A stretch of 64,000 nucleotides of DNA from Minisyncoccia bacterium (GCA_038215155.1 JBBQRF010000001.1:54042-118041), one strand, 5' to 3'; shown: positions 34,890 to 44,646, counted from the first letter of the stretch. A program made the numbers and translations. The notes: generated by a model not told the origin, from the letters alone.

Positions 34890-35006
34890 TCAGCTGGGAT
34901 CGTGATCGGGACCGCTCGAATCGTGGCTAGAATCGCCACAGGAACCATCGTTGCAGTCGCTACAATCATCAGCTTTCTGGGAGACCATGATGTTTATATT
35001 TAGCAT
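34890..35006 (-). CDS. unannotated 38-aa acidic Cys/Asp/Ser-rich ORF
   Basis: My translation: MLNINIMVSQKADDCSDCNDGSCGDSSHDSSGPDHDPS. AAAGGAGGT lies 3-4 nt before the ATG. It is 61 nt downstream of the membrane-protein gene and convergent with the M16 gene. Confidence 0.45.
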   Translation of the reverse strand: MLNINIMVSQKADDCSDCNDGSCGDSSHDSSGPDHDPS

Positions 35007-35067
35007 AGTACCTCCTTTCTAAGGTGAATGCTAAACTTTTTTATTAAAAAAGCAACTCCTTTAAAAT

Positions 35068-35460
35068 TTAAATAAAATACAAATAAACTATAGGCAAAAT
35101 AACAGCTAGAAATGGATAATACCCTTTTAGAATGTATTGATTGACTAAGGCTGGTGTGGCATAGACGTTGGCCCCGGGCAAAATACTGTAAAAAACAAAG
35201 GTAGCTAAAATTAGGAGTAGCAGGGCGCCGAGAATATTTGCCAGAGTTTGCCGGCGACCAAGATACCCTACCGTTACATATCTCTGGATTACTAAGTAAC
35301 AGAAAATGAAAATTAGAATGTAAACAATGGCTCGCACAAAAAAGTGGCCAGAGGATGTGCTGCCGAAGGAGTCAATTCTTTTTAATAAACTGCTTGGAAT
35401 TGAATACCAGAGCAGGGTGGTGGGATAAAAAGAGAGGATAAGATTAAGAATTATGTTCAT
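35068..35460 (-). CDS. hypothetical 4-TM membrane protein
   Basis: 130 aa with four hydrophobic helices. No family recognised. Confidence 0.6.
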   Translation of the reverse strand: MNIILNLILSFYPTTLLWYSIPSSLLKRIDSFGSTSSGHFFVRAIVYILIFIFCYLVIQRYVTVGYLGRRQTLANILGALLLLILATFVFYSILPGANVYATPALVNQYILKGYYPFLAVILPIVYLYFI

Positions 35461-35541
35461 CTAAAATATTTTATCACACTTCTAATGCAAACTTGACTTA
35501 TTTATGAGAGGGTCCAAGATGGAAAAAGCCCTATAAAACCC

Positions 35542-36054
35542 ATGAACCTTTACAAAAGAATGCAAGTGGAAAATGCTTATCAGAATTCCAAAAAACTTAG
35601 GCAGAATCTTCCTGTGAATGCACAAATTACCTTGGTAGGAGGATGTTTTGATCTACTGCACGTAGGCCATATCCACCTTCTAAAATACGCAGCTTCGTTG
35701 GGAAATTTGGTTATTGTAGCTGTACTTTCGGACTCCTACATTCGTTCCTATAAAGGAGGGGTGCGGCCGATCATTTCGGAAGAAGACCGCCTTAGTTTAC
35801 TGGCTAGTATTAGATTTGTGGACTTTGCCTACATTTCTGATATTAGTACTACACACCCCAAGACTCTAAAATTTCTGCAGCCAGATCTTATGGTGTTTGA
35901 ACAGTCACCAACCAATGATTTAAGGATGAATGTTCGGCTGAAAAATATCTTTAACTTCTCTCCTAAGACAAAAATATTATTCCTACCTCGTTATAAGAAA
36001 GAGAACATTTCAACGGGCAGCATTATTAGTAGGATCCAAGATATTGAAAGCTAA
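35542..36054 (+). CDS. cytidylyl/adenylyltransferase-like (HxGH nucleotidyltransferase) protein
   Basis: GGCFDLLHVGHIHLL, the (T/H)xGH motif of the glycerol-3-phosphate cytidylyltransferase / RfaE-II / FAD-synthetase class. Confidence 0.8.
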   Translation: MNLYKRMQVENAYQNSKKLRQNLPVNAQITLVGGCFDLLHVGHIHLLKYAASLGNLVIVAVLSDSYIRSYKGGVRPIISEEDRLSLLASIRFVDFAYISDISTTHPKTLKFLQPDLMVFEQSPTNDLRMNVRLKNIFNFSPKTKILFLPRYKKENISTGSIISRIQDIES

Positions 36055-36611
36055 GCGAGCGGTAGCATTTTTTCGGCTCGAAGTAAGAAAAAATGATCAC
36101 GCCATATGTTGAAACAGGTGTTGTAAAATTTTACTTCACCTTTTTTAACTTTCTCTCTTTGATCTTCCAAGAGTGTTAGCGCCTCCGAAAAAGGGAACCA
36201 CTTAAGGTAAACTCCTATGTCTTTTTCGTTCGAAGTAAGTGCGGGAGTGCCTTTCGAAAGTGCAGTGGCAAAATAAGCGATTGTGATGCAGTGCTTAGCG
36301 TCACGAATACGAAAATCTTCGCTCACTCCAATTTCTCTAGTGAGTTCAACCTCTAACCCTGTTTCCTCTCTACATTCTCGCTTTACCCCTTGAATTATAT
36401 TTTCGCCATTTTCTATTCCACCACCTGGTAATAGGAAAAACGAATGAATTCGGTTTCCAATCAAAGCAATTTGATTATTGTCGTTGAAGATCACCGCTTT
36501 CCCGGTAATCCGATCTTTCCAAACAGGGTCCGGAGTGCTCAAAACTTCTGGAAAAATATCCTTGTCTCTTAAAGTCATCAGAATTTTTAGAGGGTTGGTA
36601 GAGATAATCAT
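36051..36611 (-). CDS. NUDIX hydrolase
   Basis: Nudix box GGGIENGENIIQGVKRECREETGLE. Confidence 0.85.
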   Translation of the reverse strand: MIISTNPLKILMTLRDKDIFPEVLSTPDPVWKDRITGKAVIFNDNNQIALIGNRIHSFFLLPGGGIENGENIIQGVKRECREETGLEVELTREIGVSEDFRIRDAKHCITIAYFATALSKGTPALTSNEKDIGVYLKWFPFSEALTLLEDQREKVKKGEVKFYNTCFNIWRDHFFLLRAEKMLPLA

Positions 36612-36662
36612 TCATTCTAATTTACTATAGAAACGACCGCAAACCAAAAGAAAGGATTAAAT

Positions 36663-37331
36663 GTGAAGAAACCCCGCATAATACTTTGTCGACATGCCGA
36701 ATCCATGGAGGATGTGGACAATAGTATATACAACTTGTTGGAAGACCTCCAAATTCCGTTGACTGATAAAGGCTTGATTCAGGCGAGGAATTTTGGAGCA
36801 TTCCTGGCGCAACTCTTACAAGGTAACCAAAATGTACATTTTTACACCTCCCCAGGGGTACGTAATGTCCAAACTTTGAAAAGCGTTCTACCACAACTAC
36901 CCGATAATATAAACATTCAGACTAATATTGAACCTCTTTTGGTAAAACAGAATTGGGGAAAAATATCTGGTCAGGATAGAGGGGAGATTGAGGCAGATCG
37001 CTATAGAATCGGAGTGTTGCGCTACGATTTTCCGCAAGGAGAAACGATAGCTAGTTTAATTGATAGATTGTCACGATTTATCATTAAAATTACCGCCTTA
37101 CAAAGGCGAAAAGAAGAAGATTTGGTGGTCTTTTCCCACGGTTTCGAGTTTCGCATTATTCTGATGCTAATCTTAGGCTGGAATGAAGAAAAGTTTGAAT
37201 CATTTAGCAATCTAAATAATTGTGAATACCGTATTCTGACCCAACAAGAGGATAAGTCCTATACGCTCAATACTCCACTTCGTAGACACGGCCAGCCCGT
37301 AACTAGAATTATGAACGCGAAAAAGAGGTAG
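36663..37331 (+). CDS. histidine phosphatase (phosphoglycerate-mutase-like) family protein
   Basis: N-terminal RHAES (RHG-type) motif and C-terminal SHG. GTG start with AAAGGA 6 nt upstream. Confidence 0.8.
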   Translation: MKKPRIILCRHAESMEDVDNSIYNLLEDLQIPLTDKGLIQARNFGAFLAQLLQGNQNVHFYTSPGVRNVQTLKSVLPQLPDNINIQTNIEPLLVKQNWGKISGQDRGEIEADRYRIGVLRYDFPQGETIASLIDRLSRFIIKITALQRRKEEDLVVFSHGFEFRIILMLILGWNEEKFESFSNLNNCEYRILTQQEDKSYTLNTPLRRHGQPVTRIMNAKKR

Positions 37332-37332
37332 G

Positions 37333-37370
37333 TACGCCACCATCAAAACAGGTGGCGTTTTTTATTTTTA
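37333..37370 (+). terminator. rho-independent terminator
   Basis: tacgccacc / ggtggcgt stem followed by TTTTTTATTTTT, immediately after the stop at 37331. Confidence 0.7.
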
Positions 37371-37421
37371 GATCATGCTAAAATGGTCTGGGTGGGCGTA
37401 ACTGGTTTAAATACTAAATAG

Positions 37422-38495
37422 TTATATTCCTTCTTTTTTTAATTCCTCTACTAATTTTCTACTTTCTTTGGAAAGCTTTTTTGGTAAGTCGATTTTGATT
37501 CGAATCATTAAATCACCACGATGATTATGGCGGTCGGTCGGTACGCCTTTACCTTTTACTCTGAGAATCTCGCCAAAAGTAATGCCTGCCGGGATTTTAA
37601 CAGTTACTTTTCCATCCAGTGTTTCAATCAGGTACTCGTTTCCTAAGAGTGAGTCGGTTAATTTAATATTTTGATCCATGTAAAGATTAATTCCCTCTTT
37701 TTTAAAGACAGGGTGGGGACGAACGCGAATTTTAACATAGAGATCTCCAGGGGTGCCATTTCCAATGGCTTCACCTTCACCAGTCATACGGATCATTTCA
37801 CCGTTATTGATGCCGGCGGGAATTCCAATTGGAATTTCTACTTGTTTTCGTTCTACTCCTTCGCCTTTGCAATTCCTACATTTCACTTTAGGTATCTCAC
37901 CTTTGCCATGGCAAGTGGGACAAGTTATGACGCTATTGAAGACACCAAGAAAGGAACGGCGGGATTCATTGACTTGCCCCTGCCCATTGCAGGTAGCGCA
38001 GGTTTCCATACCAGAGCCAGGTTCCCCGCCTGTTCCATGACAAATGCTGCAAGTCGAGGTCTTGGTGAGCAATACCTTTTTCTCAGTGCCAAAGACGGAT
38101 TCGCTGAAAGGAATTTCTAAATCAATGGTGATGTCACGCCCACGGCGGCTTTGCCGCCGTGGGCGCCCTCCACCAAAAAAATCACCGAAAATATCTCCCA
38201 GGTCAAAGTCCTGAAATTGGCTAGGGTCAAAACCCTGACCACTAAAGTCGAAGCCGCCAAAACCTCCCGATTGGCCGGCGCCACCGGCTCCCGCATCTCC
38301 ATACATATCGTATTGAGCGCGCTTTTTATCATCAGAAAGCACGCTGTAAGCTTCACTCGCTTCTTTAAATTTAGCGGCATCACCTCCTCCTTTGTCGGGG
38401 TGATATTTATGAGCGATGGTTCGGAAAGCCTTTTTAATTTCCTCTTTAGTCGCCTTGCGATCTATTCCGAGGATTTTGTAATAGTCTTTAGACAT
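37422..38495 (-). CDS. dnaJ: molecular chaperone DnaJ
   Basis: J-domain with HPD (KYHPDKG), a G/F-rich region, and four CxxCxGxG zinc-finger repeats. Confidence 0.95.
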   Translation of the reverse strand: MSKDYYKILGIDRKATKEEIKKAFRTIAHKYHPDKGGGDAAKFKEASEAYSVLSDDKKRAQYDMYGDAGAGGAGQSGGFGGFDFSGQGFDPSQFQDFDLGDIFGDFFGGGRPRRQSRRGRDITIDLEIPFSESVFGTEKKVLLTKTSTCSICHGTGGEPGSGMETCATCNGQGQVNESRRSFLGVFNSVITCPTCHGKGEIPKVKCRNCKGEGVERKQVEIPIGIPAGINNGEMIRMTGEGEAIGNGTPGDLYVKIRVRPHPVFKKEGINLYMDQNIKLTDSLLGNEYLIETLDGKVTVKIPAGITFGEILRVKGKGVPTDRHNHRGDLMIRIKIDLPKKLSKESRKLVEELKKEGI

Positions 38496-40402
38496 TATTT
38501 CGTCTCAGCATCTCGTACATTTCCGTCGGTAGTTCCATCTGTTCCGCTAGCTTGATCACTTCCTGGCGCTCCGGGCTCTGAATTTGTTCCGGCCTGTTGA
38601 TTGGCTTTATTCATCGCTTTACCAATTTTAGACATTTCCGACGAAAGTTCTTCCGTAGCTTTTTTAACCGCCTCAATATCTGTTCCATCTTTCACTCCTT
38701 TCAAGGCTGTAATTTTAGCTTCAACAGAAGACTTTATATCTACCGGCACTTTCTCTCCTCCATCTTTAAGTGCCTTTTCTGCAGCGTAGAGAAGCTGCTC
38801 AGCGGTATTCTTGACATCGGCTTCCTCCCGCTTCTTTTCATCTTCCACTTTATTGGCCTCAGCATCTTTCTGCATCTTTTCAATCTCATCTTTGGAAAGA
38901 CCGGAGCTTCCTTGAATGGTAATTGATTGCTCTTTTCCGCTTGCCTTGTCTTTGGCTTTGACATTGAGAATTCCGTTAGCGTCGACATCAAAGGAAACTT
39001 CAACCTGAGGCATACCCCGAGGAGCCGGTGGAATGCCATCTAGGATAAAGCGACCAAGAGATTTATTATCTTTCGACATGGCCCGTTCTCCTTGCACTAC
39101 ATGGATTTCGACTGAAGTTTGGTTATCAGCAGCAGTAGAAAAGATTTGTGAACGAGAAGTTGGGATAGTAGTATTTCGGTCAATTAATTTTGTGGCTACA
39201 TTACCCATAGTCTCAATTCCTAGGGAAAGAGGAATGACGTCAAGCAAGAGCAGGTCTTTAACATCTCCGGAAAGTATTCCTCCTTGAATGGCGGCGCCAA
39301 GAGCCACTACCTCGTCGGGATTAACGGTCATGTTTGGATCCTTGCCGAAATATTTTTTGACCTCTTCCTGAATCTTCGGCATGCGTGTCTGACCTCCCAC
39401 CAAAATGATTTCGTTTATTTCTCCAAGTTTGAAAGGTGATGCTTCAAGTGCGCGCTTAGTGATTTGCATGGCACGGTCAATAAATTCAGCGGTGAGCTCT
39501 TCTAACTTTGCCCGAGTCATTTTAATGAGTAGGTGTTTTGGGCCATCGCTGCCAGAAGTAATGAATGGAATGTTAATCTCCGTCTCCACTGCAGTTGAAA
39601 GTTCAATCTTTGCTTTCTCAGCTGCTTCATCCAATCGCTGTTTAGCTAAAGGATCAGTTAATAGATCAATCCCCTGCTCTTTTTTGAATTCATCAGCAAG
39701 CCACTGAATAATCTTCTGATCAATATCTTTTCCCCCGAGATGAGCATCTCCATCAGTGGACTTTACTTCAATGACGTCGCCGCCTACTTCCAGAATAGAT
39801 ATATCGAAAGTCCCACCTCCAAAGTCGAAGACGGCAATTTTTTCGTCCTTTTTTTTCTCAAAACCATAAGCGAGTGCTGCGGCTGTTGGTTCGTTAATAA
39901 TTCTCATTACCTCTAGCCCCGCAATCTTGCCGGCGTCTTTCGTTGCTTGTCGCTGGGAGTCATTAAAGTAGGCCGGCACGGTGATGACGGCTTGGGTAAT
40001 TTTCTCACCTAAACGAGCTTCGGCGTCTGCCTTTAATTTCTGCAGAATCATGGCAGAAATTTCTTCAGGTCTTAAGTATTTATCACCCATTTTTACTTCA
40101 ATTCCACCGCTTGCGCTTTTTTTTGTTTCGAACGGCACTACTTTGGTATCTTTCTGAACGGCTGGCTCATCAAAAGTATGACCAATGAAGCGCTTAATTT
40201 GAAAGATAGTGTTGTGCGGATTAGTGACGGATTGGCGTTTAGCCAAAAGGCCGACTAATTTTTCTTTAGTTTTTGATTCAGCAACAATGGATGGAGTGGT
40301 CCGAGCGCCTTCCGCATTTTCAAGAATTTTTGGGGAGCCTGCCTCCATTACCGCCACGGCAGAATTTGTGGTACCGAGATCGATACCGATAATTTTAGAC
40401 AT
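38495..40402 (-). CDS. dnaK: molecular chaperone DnaK (Hsp70)
   Basis: [26 protein letters not shown]. 635 aa. Confidence 0.97.
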   Translation of the reverse strand: MSKIIGIDLGTTNSAVAVMEAGSPKILENAEGARTTPSIVAESKTKEKLVGLLAKRQSVTNPHNTIFQIKRFIGHTFDEPAVQKDTKVVPFETKKSASGGIEVKMGDKYLRPEEISAMILQKLKADAEARLGEKITQAVITVPAYFNDSQRQATKDAGKIAGLEVMRIINEPTAAALAYGFEKKKDEKIAVFDFGGGTFDISILEVGGDVIEVKSTDGDAHLGGKDIDQKIIQWLADEFKKEQGIDLLTDPLAKQRLDEAAEKAKIELSTAVETEINIPFITSGSDGPKHLLIKMTRAKLEELTAEFIDRAMQITKRALEASPFKLGEINEIILVGGQTRMPKIQEEVKKYFGKDPNMTVNPDEVVALGAAIQGGILSGDVKDLLLLDVIPLSLGIETMGNVATKLIDRNTTIPTSRSQIFSTAADNQTSVEIHVVQGERAMSKDNKSLGRFILDGIPPAPRGMPQVEVSFDVDANGILNVKAKDKASGKEQSITIQGSSGLSKDEIEKMQKDAEANKVEDEKKREEADVKNTAEQLLYAAEKALKDGGEKVPVDIKSSVEAKITALKGVKDGTDIEAVKKATEELSSEMSKIGKAMNKANQQAGTNSEPGAPGSDQASGTDGTTDGNVRDAETK

Positions 40403-40446
40403 AATTTTAAATAGTTAACCTAGTAATCAACTGCTTCCTGCTTTGA

Positions 40447-40809
40447 TTAGGCATTAGGTCCTCTAGTTTTTTGAGTGGAAAAAAATTCTGCTTCTCTAAA
40501 TATATTTAAAAAATATGGAGATGGAACAAGGCGAAGTGTTGAGGTTTGATTAGAAATTGTAGAATTTCCGGCAAGGAGGTAAGTCTTCGCCGAAATATCT
40601 TCCTCGACAATGAGGAAGATATTTCGGCTCTTTAATTCATCTTTCTGGGCGAGGAGAATTTGATACTCCTGTGCTGTCAGGGCCTTTTCTCCGAGAATGG
40701 AGAGCTTTCTGTCCTGATTAAATACAAAAAATGAGGCATGCCATCTACCTTTAGTCCTTGAAACTAAGATGCCCGCTTGCTGATTCTGTTTTTTAATTAA
40801 TTCCAACAT
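40447..40809 (-). CDS. hypothetical 120-aa protein inserted between grpE and dnaK
   Basis: The ORF starts 3 nt after the grpE stop and ends 44 nt before dnaK. No motif recognised. Confidence 0.5.
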   Translation of the reverse strand: MLELIKKQNQQAGILVSRTKGRWHASFFVFNQDRKLSILGEKALTAQEYQILLAQKDELKSRNIFLIVEEDISAKTYLLAGNSTISNQTSTLRLVPSPYFLNIFREAEFFSTQKTRGPNA

Positions 40810-40812
40810 GTA

Positions 40813-41376
40813 TTATTCAAAAACTTTGACTAAGGCCGGCCTCAGAACTCTTTCTCTCATTTTATAACCCTTTTGGAGAACTTCGGCAATAGTTTGGCTA
40901 GTAGCGCTCTCATTTAGAGGAACCGAGGCGATGGCCTGATGGAAATTGGGATCAAAAGTATCGCCAATTTCTCCATAAGCTAGAACTCCGCTTCTCGTAA
41001 GAATTGAACGAAGCTGCTGGTCAATTCCCTCCATTCCATTCGCCCATTCCTTTGGGACGCCCTGATCCTCCTTCATCTTACTGATGGCGACATCAAAACT
41101 ATCTAAAACCGGCAGAATTTCCTCAATTAACTTTGCTGAAGCGTACAAGAGATGCTCTGTGTTTCTTTCCTCGTCTCTCTTTCGAGCATTAATGAATTCG
41201 GCCTTGTCTCTTTGCCAATTATCAAGATATTTTTGCTTTTCCGCTACCGCCTCCTTCAATTTCAGACGAAGCTTTTTCACGACATCTTTTCCCACCACTT
41301 CTTCCCCGTCCTCGTTAGTCTCAACGATTTCTTCTTCTACTTCTTCATTGATTGATTTTGTATCTTTATCAGACAT
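40813..41376 (-). CDS. grpE: nucleotide exchange factor GrpE
   Basis: Acidic N-terminus, long helix (YLDNWQRDKAEFINARKR), and C-terminal beta domain (FDPNFHQAI...GY..RERVLRPALVKV). Confidence 0.9.
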   Translation of the reverse strand: MSDKDTKSINEEVEEEIVETNEDGEEVVGKDVVKKLRLKLKEAVAEKQKYLDNWQRDKAEFINARKRDEERNTEHLLYASAKLIEEILPVLDSFDVAISKMKEDQGVPKEWANGMEGIDQQLRSILTRSGVLAYGEIGDTFDPNFHQAIASVPLNESATSQTIAEVLQKGYKMRERVLRPALVKVFE

Positions 41377-41438
41377 TTTTTTATTGGGCGAAACAAAAGA
41401 ACTTCTTTTGCGAAGCCCTCGAGAAAAATCTATCTTTA

Positions 41439-41846
41439 CTATCTCTTACTCCACTGCGGAGCCTTGCGAGCTTTCTTCAAGCCGAACTTACGTCTTTCTT
41501 TACTTCGGGGATCTCTTTTCAAATAACCCTCTTTTTTTAAAGTAGTTCTGAGTTCTTTATCATATTCTATGAGCGCCCGAGATAGGCCATGGCGAAGAGC
41601 ACCTGCCTGAGAACTAATGCCTCCTCCTTTCAGTTTAACAGTAATTTTAAACTTCCCTGTTAAACCTGCTTTATTTAGCGGATTAGTAACCGTCATTCGT
41701 AAAGCAGCGGTTGGAAAATAAGACTCTAAGGCGCGATCATTGACCAGATACGATTGCTTACTCTCTGGAGTAATTCGGACTCGCGCGACGGATGTTTTGC
41801 GGCGACCGACAGCTTCAATATATTTTGTTGTAAGAGTGGTAGACAT
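41439..41846 (-). CDS. rpsI: 30S ribosomal protein S9
   Basis: GRRKTSVARV..., GGGISSQAGALRHGLSRAL, and C-terminal KKARKAPQWSKR. Confidence 0.95.
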   Translation of the reverse strand: MSTTLTTKYIEAVGRRKTSVARVRITPESKQSYLVNDRALESYFPTAALRMTVTNPLNKAGLTGKFKITVKLKGGGISSQAGALRHGLSRALIEYDKELRTTLKKEGYLKRDPRSKERRKFGLKKARKAPQWSKR

Positions 41847-41849
41847 TGA

Positions 41850-42194
41850 TTAATCTGAAATAATTAATTGCTTGAGCATTTTAGCCCGAAGTTTATTCGA
41901 TGGCAACATTCCGTGCACAGCTTTCCGAAAGACTTCCTTGTATCCCTTAGTGGTTATCATTTTTTCTAGAGTTATTTTACTTTGGCCGCCCGGAAAACCA
42001 GAATATTTCTGATAAATCTTACCAGTGCGTTTCTTCGCATCAATATTAGCGGATGAGGCGTTGATTATGCGAACTGTCTGTTCCGGAATACGATGTCGTG
42101 CAAAATCCACTCTATTTTTTCCCATTAAAACACTGGCAGCTTCTGATGCTACCCGTCCCAATCTTTTGTTTTTTGCGTCAATTGTGTGTTCCAT
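41850..42194 (-). CDS. rplM: 50S ribosomal protein L13 (short form, 114 aa)
   Basis: LGRVASEAASVLMGK, YSGFPGG, AVHGMLP. Both termini are shorter than E. coli L13 as I remember it. Confidence 0.9.
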   Translation of the reverse strand: MEHTIDAKNKRLGRVASEAASVLMGKNRVDFARHRIPEQTVRIINASSANIDAKKRTGKIYQKYSGFPGGQSKITLEKMITTKGYKEVFRKAVHGMLPSNKLRAKMLKQLIISD

Positions 42195-42214
42195 AATCAG
42201 TCTTCAATATTCCA

Positions 42215-42565
42215 TTAAACTAATTCGATTTGAGCCATTTTACTCCCATCACCCATTCGGCGAGCCAATCGAGTAATCCGTGTATACCCTCCCTTACGAG
42301 TTTCGTATCTTACACCAATATCTTTAAAAAGTTTAGTGACGGCACGATTTTGGCCAATCCTACTAGCCACTAACCGGCGTGCAGCGATATTATCAGTTTT
42401 ACTCTTAGAAATTATCTTTTCAATATAAGGGCGCAGCTCTTTGGCTTTAGCTTCAGTGGTCACAATTTTCTCATCCCGAATAAGAGAGACAGCCATTGTC
42501 TTCATCAGGGCCGTTCGACCCTTTCTTTTCAATCCTAATTTTCGGTTGGAATTATGGTGGCGCAT
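42215..42565 (-). CDS. rplQ: 50S ribosomal protein L17
   Basis: MRHHNSNRKLGLKRKGRTALMKTMAVSLIRDEKIVTTEAKAKELR, the canonical L17 N-terminus. Confidence 0.9.
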   Translation of the reverse strand: MRHHNSNRKLGLKRKGRTALMKTMAVSLIRDEKIVTTEAKAKELRPYIEKIISKSKTDNIAARRLVASRIGQNRAVTKLFKDIGVRYETRKGGYTRITRLARRMGDGSKMAQIELV

Positions 42566-42569
42566 TTTA

Positions 42570-43544
42570 TTATCCTTTTAAAGACATTTCATTACTCTCT
42601 AAAACTTTTTTTATTTCATCCACTCCTTTCGCTCCTAATCCCTCAATTTCTAAAATATCTTTCTCTTTCTTCTTGCCTAATCCACCAAGTGTTCGAACAT
42701 TGCCAGCAATTAAGGCATTAATAGTGCGTTGTGAAAGATCCAGAGATTCGATTCTAGTTTTCAATAAATCCTCATGGTCTTCCTTTTTTTCCGAATTAGT
42801 TGCCTCAGTTGGAGAAGCCGTTTCTTTGTGATGAATTAAAATCTCTTCCTCTTCTTTAAAGCCCACAATGGCTTTCAACTGATTAATCATAATCTCAATT
42901 GATTTCTCGAGTGCGTCCTTTGGAGAGACCGTGCCGTCAGTTTCGATAAAAATCTTTAAGCGATTGAAGTCAGTACGATTACCTACTCGCATATGATCAA
43001 CATCGTAATTCACTCGTTTGATAGGGCTAAATGGGGCGTCTAGGGCAATAGTACCAATCTCCACCTTGTCCTTTTGTAAGCTTTCCTTGGATAAATAGCC
43101 GATGCCTTTTTCCACAGTTAACTCCATGTTAATTTCGCCACTTTTGTCCGTTAACTCAGCAATGTATTGGTCTCCATTCATAATTTTAGCCTGTCCCGGT
43201 ACTTTAATATCGGAAGCGGTAATTTTCTTAGGTCCCTTGATCTTTAGGGTAAGAACTTGTGGTTCATCGGATAGTAGCTCAATACGTACTTTCTTTAGAT
43301 TTAAAATTATATTAATGACATCTTCTTTCACTCCAGGAATGGTGGAGAACTCGTGACTAACACCGTCAATTTTTACAGCAGTGATAGCGGAACCCGGCAG
43401 AGAAGATAGAATAATGCGGCGCAAGGAATTACCTAAAGTATGTCCGTAACCCGGATATAAACCGTCAATTTCAAATGTCCCTTGAAAACCACTTTCAGTA
43501 ACAATGCGAGGTTTGGAAGGTAATAATACGTTGTAATCAGACAT
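42570..43544 (-). CDS. rpoA: DNA-directed RNA polymerase subunit alpha
   Basis: GYGHTLGNSLRRILLSS-type N-terminal domain and a C-terminal domain with the helix-hairpin-helix LDLSQRTINALI. Confidence 0.95.
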   Translation of the reverse strand: MSDYNVLLPSKPRIVTESGFQGTFEIDGLYPGYGHTLGNSLRRIILSSLPGSAITAVKIDGVSHEFSTIPGVKEDVINIILNLKKVRIELLSDEPQVLTLKIKGPKKITASDIKVPGQAKIMNGDQYIAELTDKSGEINMELTVEKGIGYLSKESLQKDKVEIGTIALDAPFSPIKRVNYDVDHMRVGNRTDFNRLKIFIETDGTVSPKDALEKSIEIMINQLKAIVGFKEEEEILIHHKETASPTEATNSEKKEDHEDLLKTRIESLDLSQRTINALIAGNVRTLGGLGKKKEKDILEIEGLGAKGVDEIKKVLESNEMSLKG

Positions 43545-43560
43545 AAAAATATTTTAATAA

Positions 43561-44172
43561 TTATCGTTTATAAAATTCCAAAACAGCTCCGAGATCAAAA
43601 AGTAAACTCTGACCTTGAAGCTGGGGTACTCCTTTAATTTCCCCTTTATTTTCTTTAATGTTGAATGAAAGCCAAGCTGGCAATGTTTCCCCGGCCATTT
43701 TCTCTTCTAGCTCGGCAAAAATCTTCTTGTCTTTACTTCCCTCTCTAATACTAATTAATTCACCTACTCTCACTTGATATGAGGGAATGGTGACACGCTG
43801 ACCATTGACGCTGATATGACCATGAGAAACCATTTGACGTGCAGCGGAACGAGTCTTGGTCAAACCTATTCGGTATACGACGTTATCTAATCGCTGCTCT
43901 AATAAAACAAAGAGGCGTTCCTGTGGGGGAACTTTAGTATTTTTGCTAAGAATTTTATTTACATAATTGCCAAATTGCTTCTCGGAAACTCCGTAAGAAA
44001 AACGTGCTTTCTGCTTTTCAATTAATTGCTGCCCGAAGTCACTTCTAGGACGAGGGCGGCCCATGTTCTTAGACTTCTTCTCCGCTCCCGCTTTAAACTT
44101 AGCGGTTTGAGTTTTTTCAAATATTGGAGCTCCTAGACGGCGAGCAATTTTAAATTTTGGGCCTATTTTCAT
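43561..44172 (-). CDS. rpsD: 30S ribosomal protein S4
   Basis: S4 N-terminal region plus an S4 RNA-binding domain (RLDNVVYRIGLTKTRSAARQMVSHGHISVNG). Confidence 0.95.
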   Translation of the reverse strand: MKIGPKFKIARRLGAPIFEKTQTAKFKAGAEKKSKNMGRPRPRSDFGQQLIEKQKARFSYGVSEKQFGNYVNKILSKNTKVPPQERLFVLLEQRLDNVVYRIGLTKTRSAARQMVSHGHISVNGQRVTIPSYQVRVGELISIREGSKDKKIFAELEEKMAGETLPAWLSFNIKENKGEIKGVPQLQGQSLLFDLGAVLEFYKR

Positions 44173-44181
44173 ATTTTTATA

Positions 44182-44610
44182 TTAAACGCGACGTGGCTTC
44201 TTTGGTTTCGGACCATTATGTGGAACTGGAGTAACGTCTTTAATGGAAGTGATGGCAATTCCTTTTGATACGAAGCCACGGATAGACGATTCTCGGCCAG
44301 AACCGACCCCCTTTACTACCACGGCGACCTCCTTTAATCCCATAGTCAGGGCCTTGCCTCCGACAGTTTCCCCTACCTTGGCCGCGGCAAATGGAGTGCC
44401 TTTTTTGGCACCCTTAAAGCCTAAAGCTCCACTTGATGACCAAGTAAGACTATTTCCTTTTGGATCAGTCAAAACTACCTTTGTATTATTATAGGTGGAC
44501 TGAACATATAAAATGCCATTGTCCACTCGCTTTTTAGATAATACAGCAGGAGCAGCTTTTGCGCCTTCTGTGTCACCTTCACCTTTTTTTACAATTCGTT
44601 TCTTACCCAT
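44182..44610 (-). CDS. rpsK: 30S ribosomal protein S11
   Basis: GILYVQSTYNNT, GFKGAKKGTPFAA, and C-terminal DVTPVPHNG. Confidence 0.95.
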   Translation of the reverse strand: MGKKRIVKKGEGDTEGAKAAPAVLSKKRVDNGILYVQSTYNNTKVVLTDPKGNSLTWSSSGALGFKGAKKGTPFAAAKVGETVGGKALTMGLKEVAVVVKGVGSGRESSIRGFVSKGIAITSIKDVTPVPHNGPKPKKPRRV

Positions 44611-44646
44611 TGTTCGTGTTGTATTAATTATTGGATGACTAATTTA

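Noticed and set aside
37671-39707. Numerous 60-150-aa plus-strand ORFs antisense to dnaJ and dnaK (for example 37671-38120, 38151-38555, 38597-38926, 39405-39707).
   Set aside because: They lie entirely inside and opposite two of the best-conserved genes in the window. Their translations are low-complexity (Ser/Phe/Ile-rich) with no motifs. This is typical of shadow ORFs.
41377-41438. A possible CIRCE or other heat-shock operator upstream of grpE.
   Set aside because: There is no TTAGCACTC-N9-GAGTGCTAA-like sequence, only an imperfect hairpin with an internal loop and no T-run. I cannot assign it a function.
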